Source: an uncultured bacterium
GTDB lineage: Bacteria > Bacteroidota > Bacteroidia > Bacteroidales > Bacteroidaceae
Assembly: GCA_946613525.1 (NCBI GenBank)
Contig: CAMOFO010000004.1
Coordinates: forward strand, 17,925 to 81,924
Length of the DNA stretch: 64,000 nucleotides
Direction of reading: 5' to 3'
This document shows, piece after piece, positions 1 to 8,202 of the stretch (its first letter is position 1; every line of letters starts with the position of its first letter). The position numbers and the translations under genes are program-made. Under the pieces are notes generated by a model. That model worked only from the letters and a program-made list of their open reading frames with translations, had not been told where the DNA came from and did not search any database.

Positions 1-966
1 GCGGTCGATGTGCTGCATATCGTCGTCGAGCGTGTGCCACGTCGGGCCAAAGGAGCTCTGCGGACAGTCCTCGAAATAGGGAATGATGTCGATGGTGGGA
101 ATGCGAGCGTATTGGTTGAGCGGCAAGTGGTCGTCGTTGATTTGACCGCCTGTTGTTTTCGGGAAATAACTTGCAAAACCGGCTTGTTCAGCGGCTCGCC
201 ACACTTTTTCGACGATGGCCGAGGCAAATTGCTGCGAGAAGCGCTCTTGGAAGAAGCGCGCGCCCTGTCCGCCCACCATATCGAGGAGGATGCCGTAGCG
301 CACTTCATAGCGTTCGGGCAGGTTTTGGGCGAAATAATTCGAACCTAAAGCCCAACTGTTATCACTTTCTGCGTGGTTTTCTTCCCATTGCGGCGTGCCC
401 CAGTCCTCAGCGTCGAAGCAAATGAAGTCGATGCCGATGCTGGGTGATGAATTTTGGGTGGTGGGTGATGATAGCAGACGTGCGATTTCAAGCATCACGG
501 CCACGCCCGAAGCAGCATCGTTGGCAGCGACGATAGGCTTGCGCCAGTTGGCCTCGTCGGGGTCGTTGTCGGCCCACGGACGACTGTCCCAATGGGCACA
601 GAGCAGCACGCGCGTGGTCAGTTCCGGACGATACTTCGCAATGATGTTCGTGGCGTGGAGCGTCGTGCCGTCGTAGCCCGTGAGGTCGGCCTGCTGCGTG
701 CTGACCTCGCATCCATATTGCCGGAATTTGCTGATAATCCAGTCCTTACACCGCTCGTGACCCTCGGTATTCATCGCACGAGGGCCGAAATCGCACTGTG
801 CAGCGCAGAAAGCGTAGGCCGAATCAGCGGAAAAAGCCGGTCCGACGGGGCCAACTTCCACCTGTTCATCGCTCGAATGCGACGAAAGAATCGCTGGCAG
901 ATAGAGGGCTGCAGCGAGCCCTATCAGCACAACGACAAGGACGATTAAAAGGATTTTCTTCTTCAA
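1..966 (-). CDS. M28-family glutaminyl-peptide cyclotransferase (glutaminyl cyclase); 3' end runs off the window
   Basis: Not in the ORF track. Manual minus-strand translation gives RVLLCAHWDSRPWADNDP...AANDAASGVAVMLEIAR...CFDAEDWG...DMVGG...NDDHLP...IPTIDII...WHTLDDD. Probable TTG start at 966 followed by KKK and a hydrophobic anchor. Confidence 0.85.
   Translation of the reverse strand, partial: MKKKILLIVLVVVLIGLAAALYLPAILSSHSSDEQVEVGPVGPAFSADSAYAFCAAQCDFGPRAMNTEGHERCKDWIISKFRQYGCEVSTQQADLTGYDGTTLHATNIIAKYRPELTTRVLLCAHWDSRPWADNDPDEANWRKPIVAANDAASGVAVMLEIARLLSSPTTQNSSPSIGIDFICFDAEDWGTPQWEENHAESDNSWALGSNYFAQNLPERYEVRYGILLDMVGGQGARFFQERFSQQFASAIVEKVWRAAEQAGFASYFPKTTGGQINDDHLPLNQYARIPTIDIIPYFEDCPQSSFGPTWHTLDDDMQHIDR
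441..475. repeat. Degenerate heptamer array (TGGGTGA-type) in frame in the glutaminyl cyclase
   Basis: tgggtga tgaattt tgggtgg tgggtga tgatagc; encodes LSSPTTQNSSP. Confidence 0.5.
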
Positions 967-1008
967 TTTTAACCTTTGACTTTTAACCTTTAACTTTTAA
1001 CCTTTAAC
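967..1008. repeat. Six alternating heptamers TTTTAAC/CTTTAAC spanning the stop codon of the C26-M19 gene
   Basis: ttttaac ctttgac ttttaac ctttaac ttttaac ctttaac. Confidence 0.9.
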
Positions 1009-2786
1009 TTCTGAGCCTCTTCCATCACGCGCAACCAGTTTCCACCCCAGATTTTACGGATGTCTTGCTCGCTGTACCTCCGGCGAAGCAGATGCATCGT
1101 GAAATTCAGCGCCTCAGACGCGTCGGCAAAGCCCGCGACACCGCCGTCGCCGTCGAAATCGGTGCCGATGCCCACGTGGTCGATACCCATCACCTTGATG
1201 GCGTGCTCCAGATGCGCGATGGCGTCAAGAATCGAGGCCTGTCCGTCTTTGCGGAGGAAGCCAGCGTAGAGTGTCGTGTGCGCCACACCACCCTTGGCCG
1301 CGAGTCGGCGCAGCTGGTCGTCGGTGAGGTTCCGCGGATGGTCGCACAGCGCCCGACAGTTCGAGTGGCTGCACACGATGGGCGTCTTGCTGATGTCAAG
1401 CGCATCGTAGAAGCTTTTTTCTGCCGCGTGGCTGAGGTCAACCATCACGCCGTGGCGGTTCATCTCGGCAATGACCTGCTCTCCGAACGGGCTCACTCCG
1501 CCATGCGTGTTGCTGCCGCGCGCCGAGTCGCAGATGTCGTTGTCGCCATTATGGCAGAGCGTGATGTAGGTCACGCCGCGCTGCGCAAATCGACCGACGT
1601 TTTCGAGCTCGTGCTCCAGCGCAAGGCCGTTTTCAATGGCCAAAACGATGGATTTCAGCCCCATTCGCTTGTTTTCACGGAGGTCGTCGGGCGTGCGGGC
1701 GAGAGCCAAATACGACTTCTGCTGCTCGACGATGGCTTCAATCTGGTCGAAAATGCCGTTGGCGTATGCATTGGGCGTGAGTCCGGCCAAATGCGGCGCG
1801 AGCGACGAGAATTCCTCGTCGGGCTTTGGCTGCGGCAGATAGGCCGCCATCGTAACGCTGTCTAAACGCCCGTCGGTCATCTTGTGCAAATCGACGAGAA
1901 TGCGCGGGTCGCGCTGTTCGAAATGAATGCCTTGCGGGAAGAACATCGGCGTGTCGCAATGGGTGTCGAGCGACAGGACTTTTTCATGTATCTTTTTGGC
2001 TTCGTGATAGTTACGAGCTTCTTCCACGAGCCATCGAAAGAGCTTCAGGCCCTCTTCCTCCAACCACTCCGGATGCCATTGCACGCCCAGAATCGGCTTG
2101 TGCTCGGTGCTTTCCATCGCCTCGATGGTGCCGTCGGGAGCCGTCGCCGTGACGCGGAATCGCCTCCCGGGGTCGTCAACGGCCTGATGGTGCAGCGAAT
2201 TCACGAAAATTCGGATTTTCTCCGTCGAATCGGCGTTTTGAGGCTTCTCGGAAGCGTAAATCTCCGCCAAGCGGCTGTCGGGTTCGATGCTCACGCTGTG
2301 CGTCGGCTCCGAGCGGTGGCCGTCTTGCGAGTGCTTGATGCTGCTGCGCTCGGAAATGTCTTGCGCAACGTGTCCGTCGAGTGCCATCGCGAGCGTCTGC
2401 ATTCCGCGGCAGATGCCGAAAATGGGAATCTGGCGGTTGTAGGCCAGGCGCGTGACGAGCAGCTCGGCCAAGTCGCGTCGCGCATTGATGCCGCCGAGCT
2501 TCGGAGCGGGTTCCTCGCCCGCCCACAGCGGGTTGTAGTCGGCACCGCCGCTGAGCAGCAGTCCGTCGAGCTGCTCCAACACACTGACAATCACGCTCTC
2601 ATCGGCCACGGGCGGAATGATGACGGGCGTGCCGCCAGCCCGCACCACCTGTTCGTAGTAGGGGTCGCGCAGGGCGGCGTCTTCGCCGGTGTGGTTGGCC
2701 GTGATGCCAATCAGCGGACGCGGCTCGGCTTCAGGAAATCTGGCGTAAATCGCCTGAAGATGCGATGGCAAGTCGAATTTCTTCAT
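990..2786 (-). CDS. Fusion of peptidase C26 (class I glutamine amidotransferase-like) and M19 membrane dipeptidase
   Basis: N-terminal half has GICRGMQ and GVQWHPE; C-terminal half has DTHCD, IENG, VDLSH, SHSN, GTDFDG. Confidence 0.9.
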   Translation of the reverse strand: MKKFDLPSHLQAIYARFPEAEPRPLIGITANHTGEDAALRDPYYEQVVRAGGTPVIIPPVADESVIVSVLEQLDGLLLSGGADYNPLWAGEEPAPKLGGINARRDLAELLVTRLAYNRQIPIFGICRGMQTLAMALDGHVAQDISERSSIKHSQDGHRSEPTHSVSIEPDSRLAEIYASEKPQNADSTEKIRIFVNSLHHQAVDDPGRRFRVTATAPDGTIEAMESTEHKPILGVQWHPEWLEEEGLKLFRWLVEEARNYHEAKKIHEKVLSLDTHCDTPMFFPQGIHFEQRDPRILVDLHKMTDGRLDSVTMAAYLPQPKPDEEFSSLAPHLAGLTPNAYANGIFDQIEAIVEQQKSYLALARTPDDLRENKRMGLKSIVLAIENGLALEHELENVGRFAQRGVTYITLCHNGDNDICDSARGSNTHGGVSPFGEQVIAEMNRHGVMVDLSHAAEKSFYDALDISKTPIVCSHSNCRALCDHPRNLTDDQLRRLAAKGGVAHTTLYAGFLRKDGQASILDAIAHLEHAIKVMGIDHVGIGTDFDGDGGVAGFADASEALNFTMHLLRRRYSEQDIRKIWGGNWLRVMEEAQKLKVKS

Positions 2787-3712
2787 TATTTTTCGTTTTC
2801 TTTCTCAATACCGATGAGTTCCACGGTGAAAATGAGCGTGGAGAAGGGCTTGATGGTGCCAGCCTGACGCTCGCCGTAGGCCAGTTCCTGCGGGATGTAG
2901 AGTTCCCACTTCGAGCCGACGGGCATCAGCTGCAGGGCCTCGGTCCAGCCTTTGATGACCTTGTCGCAGCGGAATTTCGAGGTTTGCGGATTGCGCTTGT
3001 AGGAGCTGTCGAACACGTTGCCGTCGATGGTTTTTCCTTCGTATTTCACCTCCACGGTCTGCTCCTTCGTCGGTTTTTCGCCCTCACCCATCGTGATGAC
3101 CTTGTATTGCAGGCCACTGGGCAGCGTCACCACGCCCTCTTTCTTGGCGTTTTCAGCAATCCACTGCTCGTTTTCGGCCTTGTAGGCTGCGTTCATAGCC
3201 TCTTTCACGGCTCTGCTCTTCGCTTCAAAATAGGCTTGGGCGGCGGAGTCGGTATAGACGCTGTTGTCGCCCGCGAGCGAGGCCACGAAGCCGCGGTGGA
3301 AAATCTCTTCGCTGATGGCTACGTCAGAACCCTCGAACTCTCCCTTCATGCTCGGCAGAATGCGCTGCTTGGCCATCTGTGCGATTTGCATTCCGGCGAG
3401 ATAGGCCACATACGCGGGGTCGTTTTCCTTCTTCGTGGCCTCTTGGAAGCCTTTCACGAAGTCGGCCATGTAGGCCGTATCGACCTTCATCGCCTGCTGT
3501 AGGTAGGGAATGAGGCCCTGCGTGGCCACTTTTCCAGCGGCGAAGCTCAACGAGTCGTTGGCCGAGGCCAGCACCACGGGTTGCTCTACACAGCAGTCGG
3601 AGACGGTGACCGTCTCCGATTGCTTTTTCTTGGTTTTCTTCTTGGCGGCGTCAGCCGTGCTCAGTGTTGCACTCAGCACGATTGCCGTTGCCAACAATGC
3701 GATTTTCTTCAT
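2786..3712 (-). CDS. FKBP-type peptidyl-prolyl isomerase, exported
   Basis: Signal peptide; SGLQY, YEG..IDG..FDSS, VIKGWTEAL, IPQELAYG. Confidence 0.92.
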   Translation of the reverse strand: MKKIALLATAIVLSATLSTADAAKKKTKKKQSETVTVSDCCVEQPVVLASANDSLSFAAGKVATQGLIPYLQQAMKVDTAYMADFVKGFQEATKKENDPAYVAYLAGMQIAQMAKQRILPSMKGEFEGSDVAISEEIFHRGFVASLAGDNSVYTDSAAQAYFEAKSRAVKEAMNAAYKAENEQWIAENAKKEGVVTLPSGLQYKVITMGEGEKPTKEQTVEVKYEGKTIDGNVFDSSYKRNPQTSKFRCDKVIKGWTEALQLMPVGSKWELYIPQELAYGERQAGTIKPFSTLIFTVELIGIEKENEK

Positions 3713-3733
3713 GATTCTGTGAATCTGTGATGA

Positions 3734-4642
3734 TTACTTCGTGCTCTGCAGTTCGATTTTGAAGATCAGGGCCGAGAAAGGCTTGATTTTGTCGGAAGCC
3801 TGACGCTCGCCGTAGGCCAGTTCCTGCGGGATATAGACTTCCCATGTGGAGCCGGCGGGCATGTTGGTCAGCGCTTTCGTGAAGCCCTTGATGAAGCCGT
3901 TGGCACGTGCGCTGATGGCGTCGCCGCGGTTGTAGGAGCTGTCGAACACCTCACCGTCGATGGTCTTGCCTTCGTAGTGGATTTTCACCTCGGAAGTGTC
4001 TTTCGGCATAGCGCCGGTGCCTTCCTTCAGCACTTTGTACTGGATGAACGACTTTGCTTTCGTGCCGTCGGGCTTGTCGTATTCCACTTCCAGCGTCTTG
4101 ACACCGTCTTTCTTGGCGTTTTCGGCAAGGAATTTCTCGCCAGCCTCCTTTACATCGGCAAACTGCTTCAGCGCAACAGCGGCCTTGATTTGCTGCATCT
4201 TGGCCTCAGCCACTGTGCGAGCCTGCTCCATGTCCATCTTCTGGTTTTTGCCAGTGGTTCCAGCCACGAATCCAGCCATGAAATTCTTCAGCGAGATGGT
4301 CTGCGTGGAATCTTCACCGAACACTTCGCGGTTGATGCCAGGCATCATCTGCGTGGCAATCTGCTGACCGATTTGGATACCGGCGTAGTAGGCATTTTTC
4401 TTCTTGTCGTCGCCAGCGTTGGCACCGTCGTTCAGACCCTTGATAAAGTCGTTGATGTAGGCAGTGTCCACCTGCATACGATCCACGAGATACTCTTTCA
4501 GCCCCTGCGTCTGGGCAAGACCGATGGCGTAGCTCATCGAATCGACGTCACTTTTCAGATTTGCTGTCGGGGTTCCGTTGCCACACGAAGAGAAAGTGGC
4601 AGCGGCAATAGCCATAGCGGCTACAAATGTCATTTTTTTCAT
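3734..4642 (-). CDS. FKBP-type peptidyl-prolyl isomerase, lipoprotein
   Basis: Lipobox FSSC; DSMSYAIG; HYEGKTIDGEVFDSS; IPQELAYG. Confidence 0.92.
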   Translation of the reverse strand: MKKMTFVAAMAIAAATFSSCGNGTPTANLKSDVDSMSYAIGLAQTQGLKEYLVDRMQVDTAYINDFIKGLNDGANAGDDKKKNAYYAGIQIGQQIATQMMPGINREVFGEDSTQTISLKNFMAGFVAGTTGKNQKMDMEQARTVAEAKMQQIKAAVALKQFADVKEAGEKFLAENAKKDGVKTLEVEYDKPDGTKAKSFIQYKVLKEGTGAMPKDTSEVKIHYEGKTIDGEVFDSSYNRGDAISARANGFIKGFTKALTNMPAGSTWEVYIPQELAYGERQASDKIKPFSALIFKIELQSTK

Positions 4643-4643
4643 T

Positions 4644-4684
4644 TTGATAATTGTTAATTGTTAATTGTTAATGTTAATTGAATT
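4644..4684. repeat. TTGTTAA heptamer array filling the gap between two FKBP genes
   Basis: ttgataa ttgttaa ttgttaa ttgttaa tgttaa ttgaatt. Confidence 0.85.
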
Positions 4685-5288
4685 AGATTACTTCTATCAG
4701 TTCCACGTCGAAAACCAAGGCCGAGAAGGGCGGAATCGAGCCGCCGGCACCGCGCTCGCCATAACCCAAATGATAGGGAATGAAGAAGCGATACTTGGCA
4801 CCCTCTTGCATGAGCTGCAAACCCTCGGTCCAACCCGCGATGACGCCGTTCAGCGGGAACGTGGCGGGCTGGCCGCGCTGAATGCTGCTGTCGAAGAGCG
4901 TGCCATCGACGAGCATTCCCTCGTAGTGGCATTTCACTTGGTCGGTGGCTTTCGGTTTTCTGCCGTTGCCCTCGCGCAACACTTGGTATTGCAGGCCGCT
5001 GGGCAGCGTCACCACGCCGTCTTTCTTGCCGTTTTCAGCCAGATATTTCTCACCTTGTTCTTTCTGGGCCTTGTGCCGTTCAGCCGCCGAGGCACGCTGT
5101 TTTTCCTCTTGCTTCTGGAAAAATTCCTGCACAATCATCTGGGCCTCCTGCGCATCAAGTTGCGTCTTTCCGCCAGCCATCACGTCCTTGATGGCCTGTG
5201 CGAAGTCGTCGATATTGAGTCCTTCGGCTCCCATGTCGCTCAGTTGGCGTCCGATGCCCAGTCCCAAAGCATAGCTTATTTTGTCCAT
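4683..5288 (-). CDS. FKBP-type peptidyl-prolyl isomerase (FklB/Mip-like, cytoplasmic)
   Basis: MDKISYALG; LPSGLQY; CHYEG; FDSS; VIAGWTEGL. Confidence 0.93.
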   Translation of the reverse strand: MDKISYALGLGIGRQLSDMGAEGLNIDDFAQAIKDVMAGGKTQLDAQEAQMIVQEFFQKQEEKQRASAAERHKAQKEQGEKYLAENGKKDGVVTLPSGLQYQVLREGNGRKPKATDQVKCHYEGMLVDGTLFDSSIQRGQPATFPLNGVIAGWTEGLQLMQEGAKYRFFIPYHLGYGERGAGGSIPPFSALVFDVELIEVI

Positions 5289-5337
5289 TTTTTATGAATT
5301 TTTCTTTTATAAAAATAATAATGTGTAAAATTTCGTG

Positions 5338-5396
5338 CAAAGTTACAATTTTTCTCCGATTGTGATGCATTATTTCGAGAAAAATCATTATTTTTG
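5338..5396. promoter_or_regulatory. Divergent Bacteroidetes -7 promoter elements for the FKBP operon and cobB
   Basis: TAACTTTG on minus (5338-5345) and TATTTTTG on plus (5389-5396) match TAnnTTTG. Confidence 0.6.
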
Positions 5397-5439
5397 TGGA
5401 ATATTAAGGACTACTGAACCATTTTTATGTGATTTTGAG

Positions 5440-6147
5440 ATGAAAAAACTTGTATTTTTGACCGGTGCAGGCATGTCGGTGGAGAGTGGTTTCAAGACCT
5501 TCCGAGGTGCCGGCGGACTGTGGGAAGACTTTCCCGTGGAACAGGTGGCGAGCCACGAAGGCTGGCTCACCGACCCTGTATTAGTGAACAACTTCTACAA
5601 TCGGTTGCGCAAAAAACTGTTCGAGGCACAGCCCAACGAAGGCCACAAGCTGATTGCCGACCTGCAACGCGACTTCGACGTGACGGTCATCACGCAAAAC
5701 GTTGATAACCTGCACGAAAAGGCAGGCTCAAAAAATGTGATTCACCTGCACGGCGAGCTCACGAAAGTGTGCTCTTCCGACGACCAATTCGACGAGCGAT
5801 ACGTGTGCAAGCTGACCGAAGACAACTGCGAGGTGGCCGAGGGCGAAAAGGCTGGCGACGGCTCGCTGCTGCGCCCGTTTATCGTGTTTTTCGGCGAGAG
5901 CGTTCCTATGATTGCACCCGCCGCCGAGAAGGTGGGCGAGGCCGACGTGCTCGTCATCATCGGCACGTCGCTCAACGTGTATCCCGCGGCCGGACTCGCC
6001 CACTACGTGAAGCCCGGCACGCCCATCTACCTCATTGACCCCGACGACGTGAGCACCAGCGGCATCCCCAACCTCACGCACATCCAAAAAGGAGCGAGCG
6101 AGGGAATGAAGGAATTCGCAGAGAAGGTTAAAGGGTTAAAGAGTTAA
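5440..6147 (+). CDS. cobB: SIR2-family NAD-dependent deacylase
   Basis: LTGAGMSVESG..TFR, TQNVDNLHE, HLHG, IGTSL; start placed at ATG 5440 (MKKLVF). Confidence 0.93.
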   Translation: MKKLVFLTGAGMSVESGFKTFRGAGGLWEDFPVEQVASHEGWLTDPVLVNNFYNRLRKKLFEAQPNEGHKLIADLQRDFDVTVITQNVDNLHEKAGSKNVIHLHGELTKVCSSDDQFDERYVCKLTEDNCEVAEGEKAGDGSLLRPFIVFFGESVPMIAPAAEKVGEADVLVIIGTSLNVYPAAGLAHYVKPGTPIYLIDPDDVSTSGIPNLTHIQKGASEGMKEFAEKVKGLKS

Positions 6148-6182
6148 AGGGTTAAAGAGTTAAAGGGTTAAAGAGTTAAAGG
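6127..6182. repeat. Seven perfectly alternating octamers GTTAAAGG/GTTAAAGA containing the cobB stop codon
   Basis: Read directly; TAA at 6145-6147 lies in unit 3. Confidence 0.95.
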
Positions 6183-6231
6183 GTGAATCCTTTCAAAGAA
6201 GTAATCATAATTTTAAATTTTAATTCCAAAT

Positions 6232-7326
6232 ATGCAAGTTAATTTCCAGAAAATCCTGCCGCAATTCAAGCTCAGCGGCGAGGTGGCCGAAGTGAAGCCC
6301 TTGGGCAACGGCCTCATCAACGACACGTACAGAGTGAAAACCACGTCGGACAACACGCCCGACTACGTCTTGCAACGCATCAACAACGTCATTTTCACGA
6401 ATGTCGATTTGCTGCAGCACAACATCGAGGTGGTGACGCGCCACATCCGCAAGAAACTCGAGGCGCGCGGCGAAAACGACATTGACCGCAAGGTGCTGAC
6501 CTTCATCGAAACCAACGACGGAAAGACCTATTTCCACGACGACGAAGACCGCTACTGGCGCATGATGGTGTTCATCCCAGGCGCACAGACCTTCGAAACC
6601 GTCAATCCCGAGTACAGCTATCTGGCCGGCGTGGCCTTCGGCGACTTCGAAAAGTTGCTCGTGGATGTGCCCGAACCGCTCGGCGACACCATTCCCGATT
6701 TCCACAACATGGAATTCCGCATGCAGCAGCTGCGCGAAGTGGTGGAGAAAGACCCCGTGGGGCGCGTGGCCGGCGTGAAAGACATTCTCGACCTGTTTGA
6801 AAAAGATGCCGAAAGAATGTGCCAAGGCGAAAGGCTCTTCCGCGAGGGCAAGCTGCCGCGCCGCATCTGCCACTGCGACACGAAGGTGAACAACATGATG
6901 TTCGATGCCGAAACGGGCAAGTTCCTGCTCGTCATCGACCTCGACACCGTGATGCCAAGCCTCTTCTTCAGCGACTACGGCGACTTCCTGCGCTCCGCGG
7001 CCAACACCACCGCCGAAGATGACCCGAACCTCGACGATGTGGGCTTCAACGAAGAACTTTTCAAGGCTTTCACGCGCGGCTACGTGGAGTCGGCAGGCGA
7101 ATTCCTCACGCCGCTCGAAATCGAGCTGCTGCCCTACGCCGTGGAACTCTTCCCCTTCATGCAGTCGGTGCGCTTCATGTGGGACTACCTCTCGGGCGAC
7201 CACTACTGGAAGTGCAACTACCCCGAGCACAACCTCGACCGCGCGAAAAACCAACTGCGACTCTATCAGGAGGCCTGCAAGCGCGAGCCGATGATGACGG
7301 AGTTCATTAAAAGCCTCACCCCCTAA
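6232..7326 (+). CDS. Aminoglycoside-phosphotransferase-fold kinase (N-acetylhexosamine kinase / MdsC-like)
   Basis: LGNGLINDTY, HCDTKVNN, VIDLDT, DYGDFLRS. Confidence 0.85.
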   Translation: MQVNFQKILPQFKLSGEVAEVKPLGNGLINDTYRVKTTSDNTPDYVLQRINNVIFTNVDLLQHNIEVVTRHIRKKLEARGENDIDRKVLTFIETNDGKTYFHDDEDRYWRMMVFIPGAQTFETVNPEYSYLAGVAFGDFEKLLVDVPEPLGDTIPDFHNMEFRMQQLREVVEKDPVGRVAGVKDILDLFEKDAERMCQGERLFREGKLPRRICHCDTKVNNMMFDAETGKFLLVIDLDTVMPSLFFSDYGDFLRSAANTTAEDDPNLDDVGFNEELFKAFTRGYVESAGEFLTPLEIELLPYAVELFPFMQSVRFMWDYLSGDHYWKCNYPEHNLDRAKNQLRLYQEACKREPMMTEFIKSLTP

Positions 7327-7331
7327 TTTCT

Positions 7332-7422
7332 TTCGAGGGTACGGCGGTCAGCCTCTTCGAGGCCGAGGGTGCGAGAATACTGTTCTCGCGCCTCCGTACC
7401 CACGCACCTCCGTACCTACGAA
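7332..7422. repeat. Intergenic inverted element built from GGTACG/GGTGCG octamer arms
   Basis: Left arm ttcgagggtacgg...gagggtgcgagaa, loop tactg, right arm ttctcgcgcctccgtacccacgcacctccgtacctacgaa. Confidence 0.8.
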
Positions 7423-7434
7423 TAACTTTTTGAA

Positions 7435-8202
7435 ATGACGATGACTATCAAGAAAATAAAAGCACCCCGCGAACTGCGGGCCGAAGACGTGCCTCAGCTC
7501 ATGCTGGCGCATCAGGTGAAATACGAGAAAGTGGCGTGTTTGAACTGGGCGGAGGCATTTCCCGTGCATCCGCAGATGGAAGTGGCAATGGCGCACACGG
7601 GCGACAATCTGCTGCTACACTATCGCGTGGAAGAAGACTGCATCCGTGCCGCTGCCGAGCAAGACGGTGGGCGCGTGTGGGAAGATTCGTGCTGCGAAAT
7701 CTTCCTGCAAGCCCCATCACCCATCACCCAACACTCAACACCCAACATCCAACACCCAACACCCAGCAAAAATAATCTCCCTTCCCCGAAGGGAGGGGCC
7801 GGGGTTGAGTCGCCTTACTTCAACCTCGAATGTAACTGCGCCGGAACGCTGCTCATCGCGAAAGGTCACGACCGTCACGACCGACAGCCGGCTCCGGAAG
7901 ATGTTCTGAAAAGTGTGGGTCGATGGTCGTCGCTGACCTCAGAAGCCACGCCGCAACCCAACGGACGCTACGTGCTACCCTTGGAAAACGGTGATTTCCA
8001 CTGGCACATGGCACTCGTGGTGCCCGCCACGGCACTGTTCGGCAGCGGCATCGACGATTTCTCGGGACTCACGCTGCGCGGCAACATTTATAAATGTGGT
8101 GACTGCCTGCGCGAGCCGCATTTCCTGTCGCTGTTTCCCATCGAGACGCCCCAGCCCGACTTCCATCGGCCTGAGTTCTTTCAAGAATTGAGGTTTGAGT
8201 GA
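7435..8202 (+). CDS. Carbohydrate-binding family 9-like protein carrying an in-frame repeat insertion
   Basis: VWEDSCCE, YFNLECNCAG, GNIYKCGD, PDFHRPEFF; overlaps the 3' end of convergent argH by 22 bp. Confidence 0.8.
   Translation: MTMTIKKIKAPRELRAEDVPQLMLAHQVKYEKVACLNWAEAFPVHPQMEVAMAHTGDNLLLHYRVEEDCIRAAAEQDGGRVWEDSCCEIFLQAPSPITQHSTPNIQHPTPSKNNLPSPKGGAGVESPYFNLECNCAGTLLIAKGHDRHDRQPAPEDVLKSVGRWSSLTSEATPQPNGRYVLPLENGDFHWHMALVVPATALFGSGIDDFSGLTLRGNIYKCGDCLREPHFLSLFPIETPQPDFHRPEFFQELRFE
7714..7811. repeat. Eight CCAACAC-type heptamers followed by a REP-like palindrome, in frame
   Basis: ccatcac ccatcac ccaacac tcaacac ccaacat ccaacac ccaacac ccagcaa, then ctcccttccccgaagggaggggccggggttgagtc (7777-7811). 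Confidence 0.9.

Noticed and set aside
990-2786. C26-M19 fusion as a novelty
   Set aside because: To my knowledge this fusion is common in Bacteroidales
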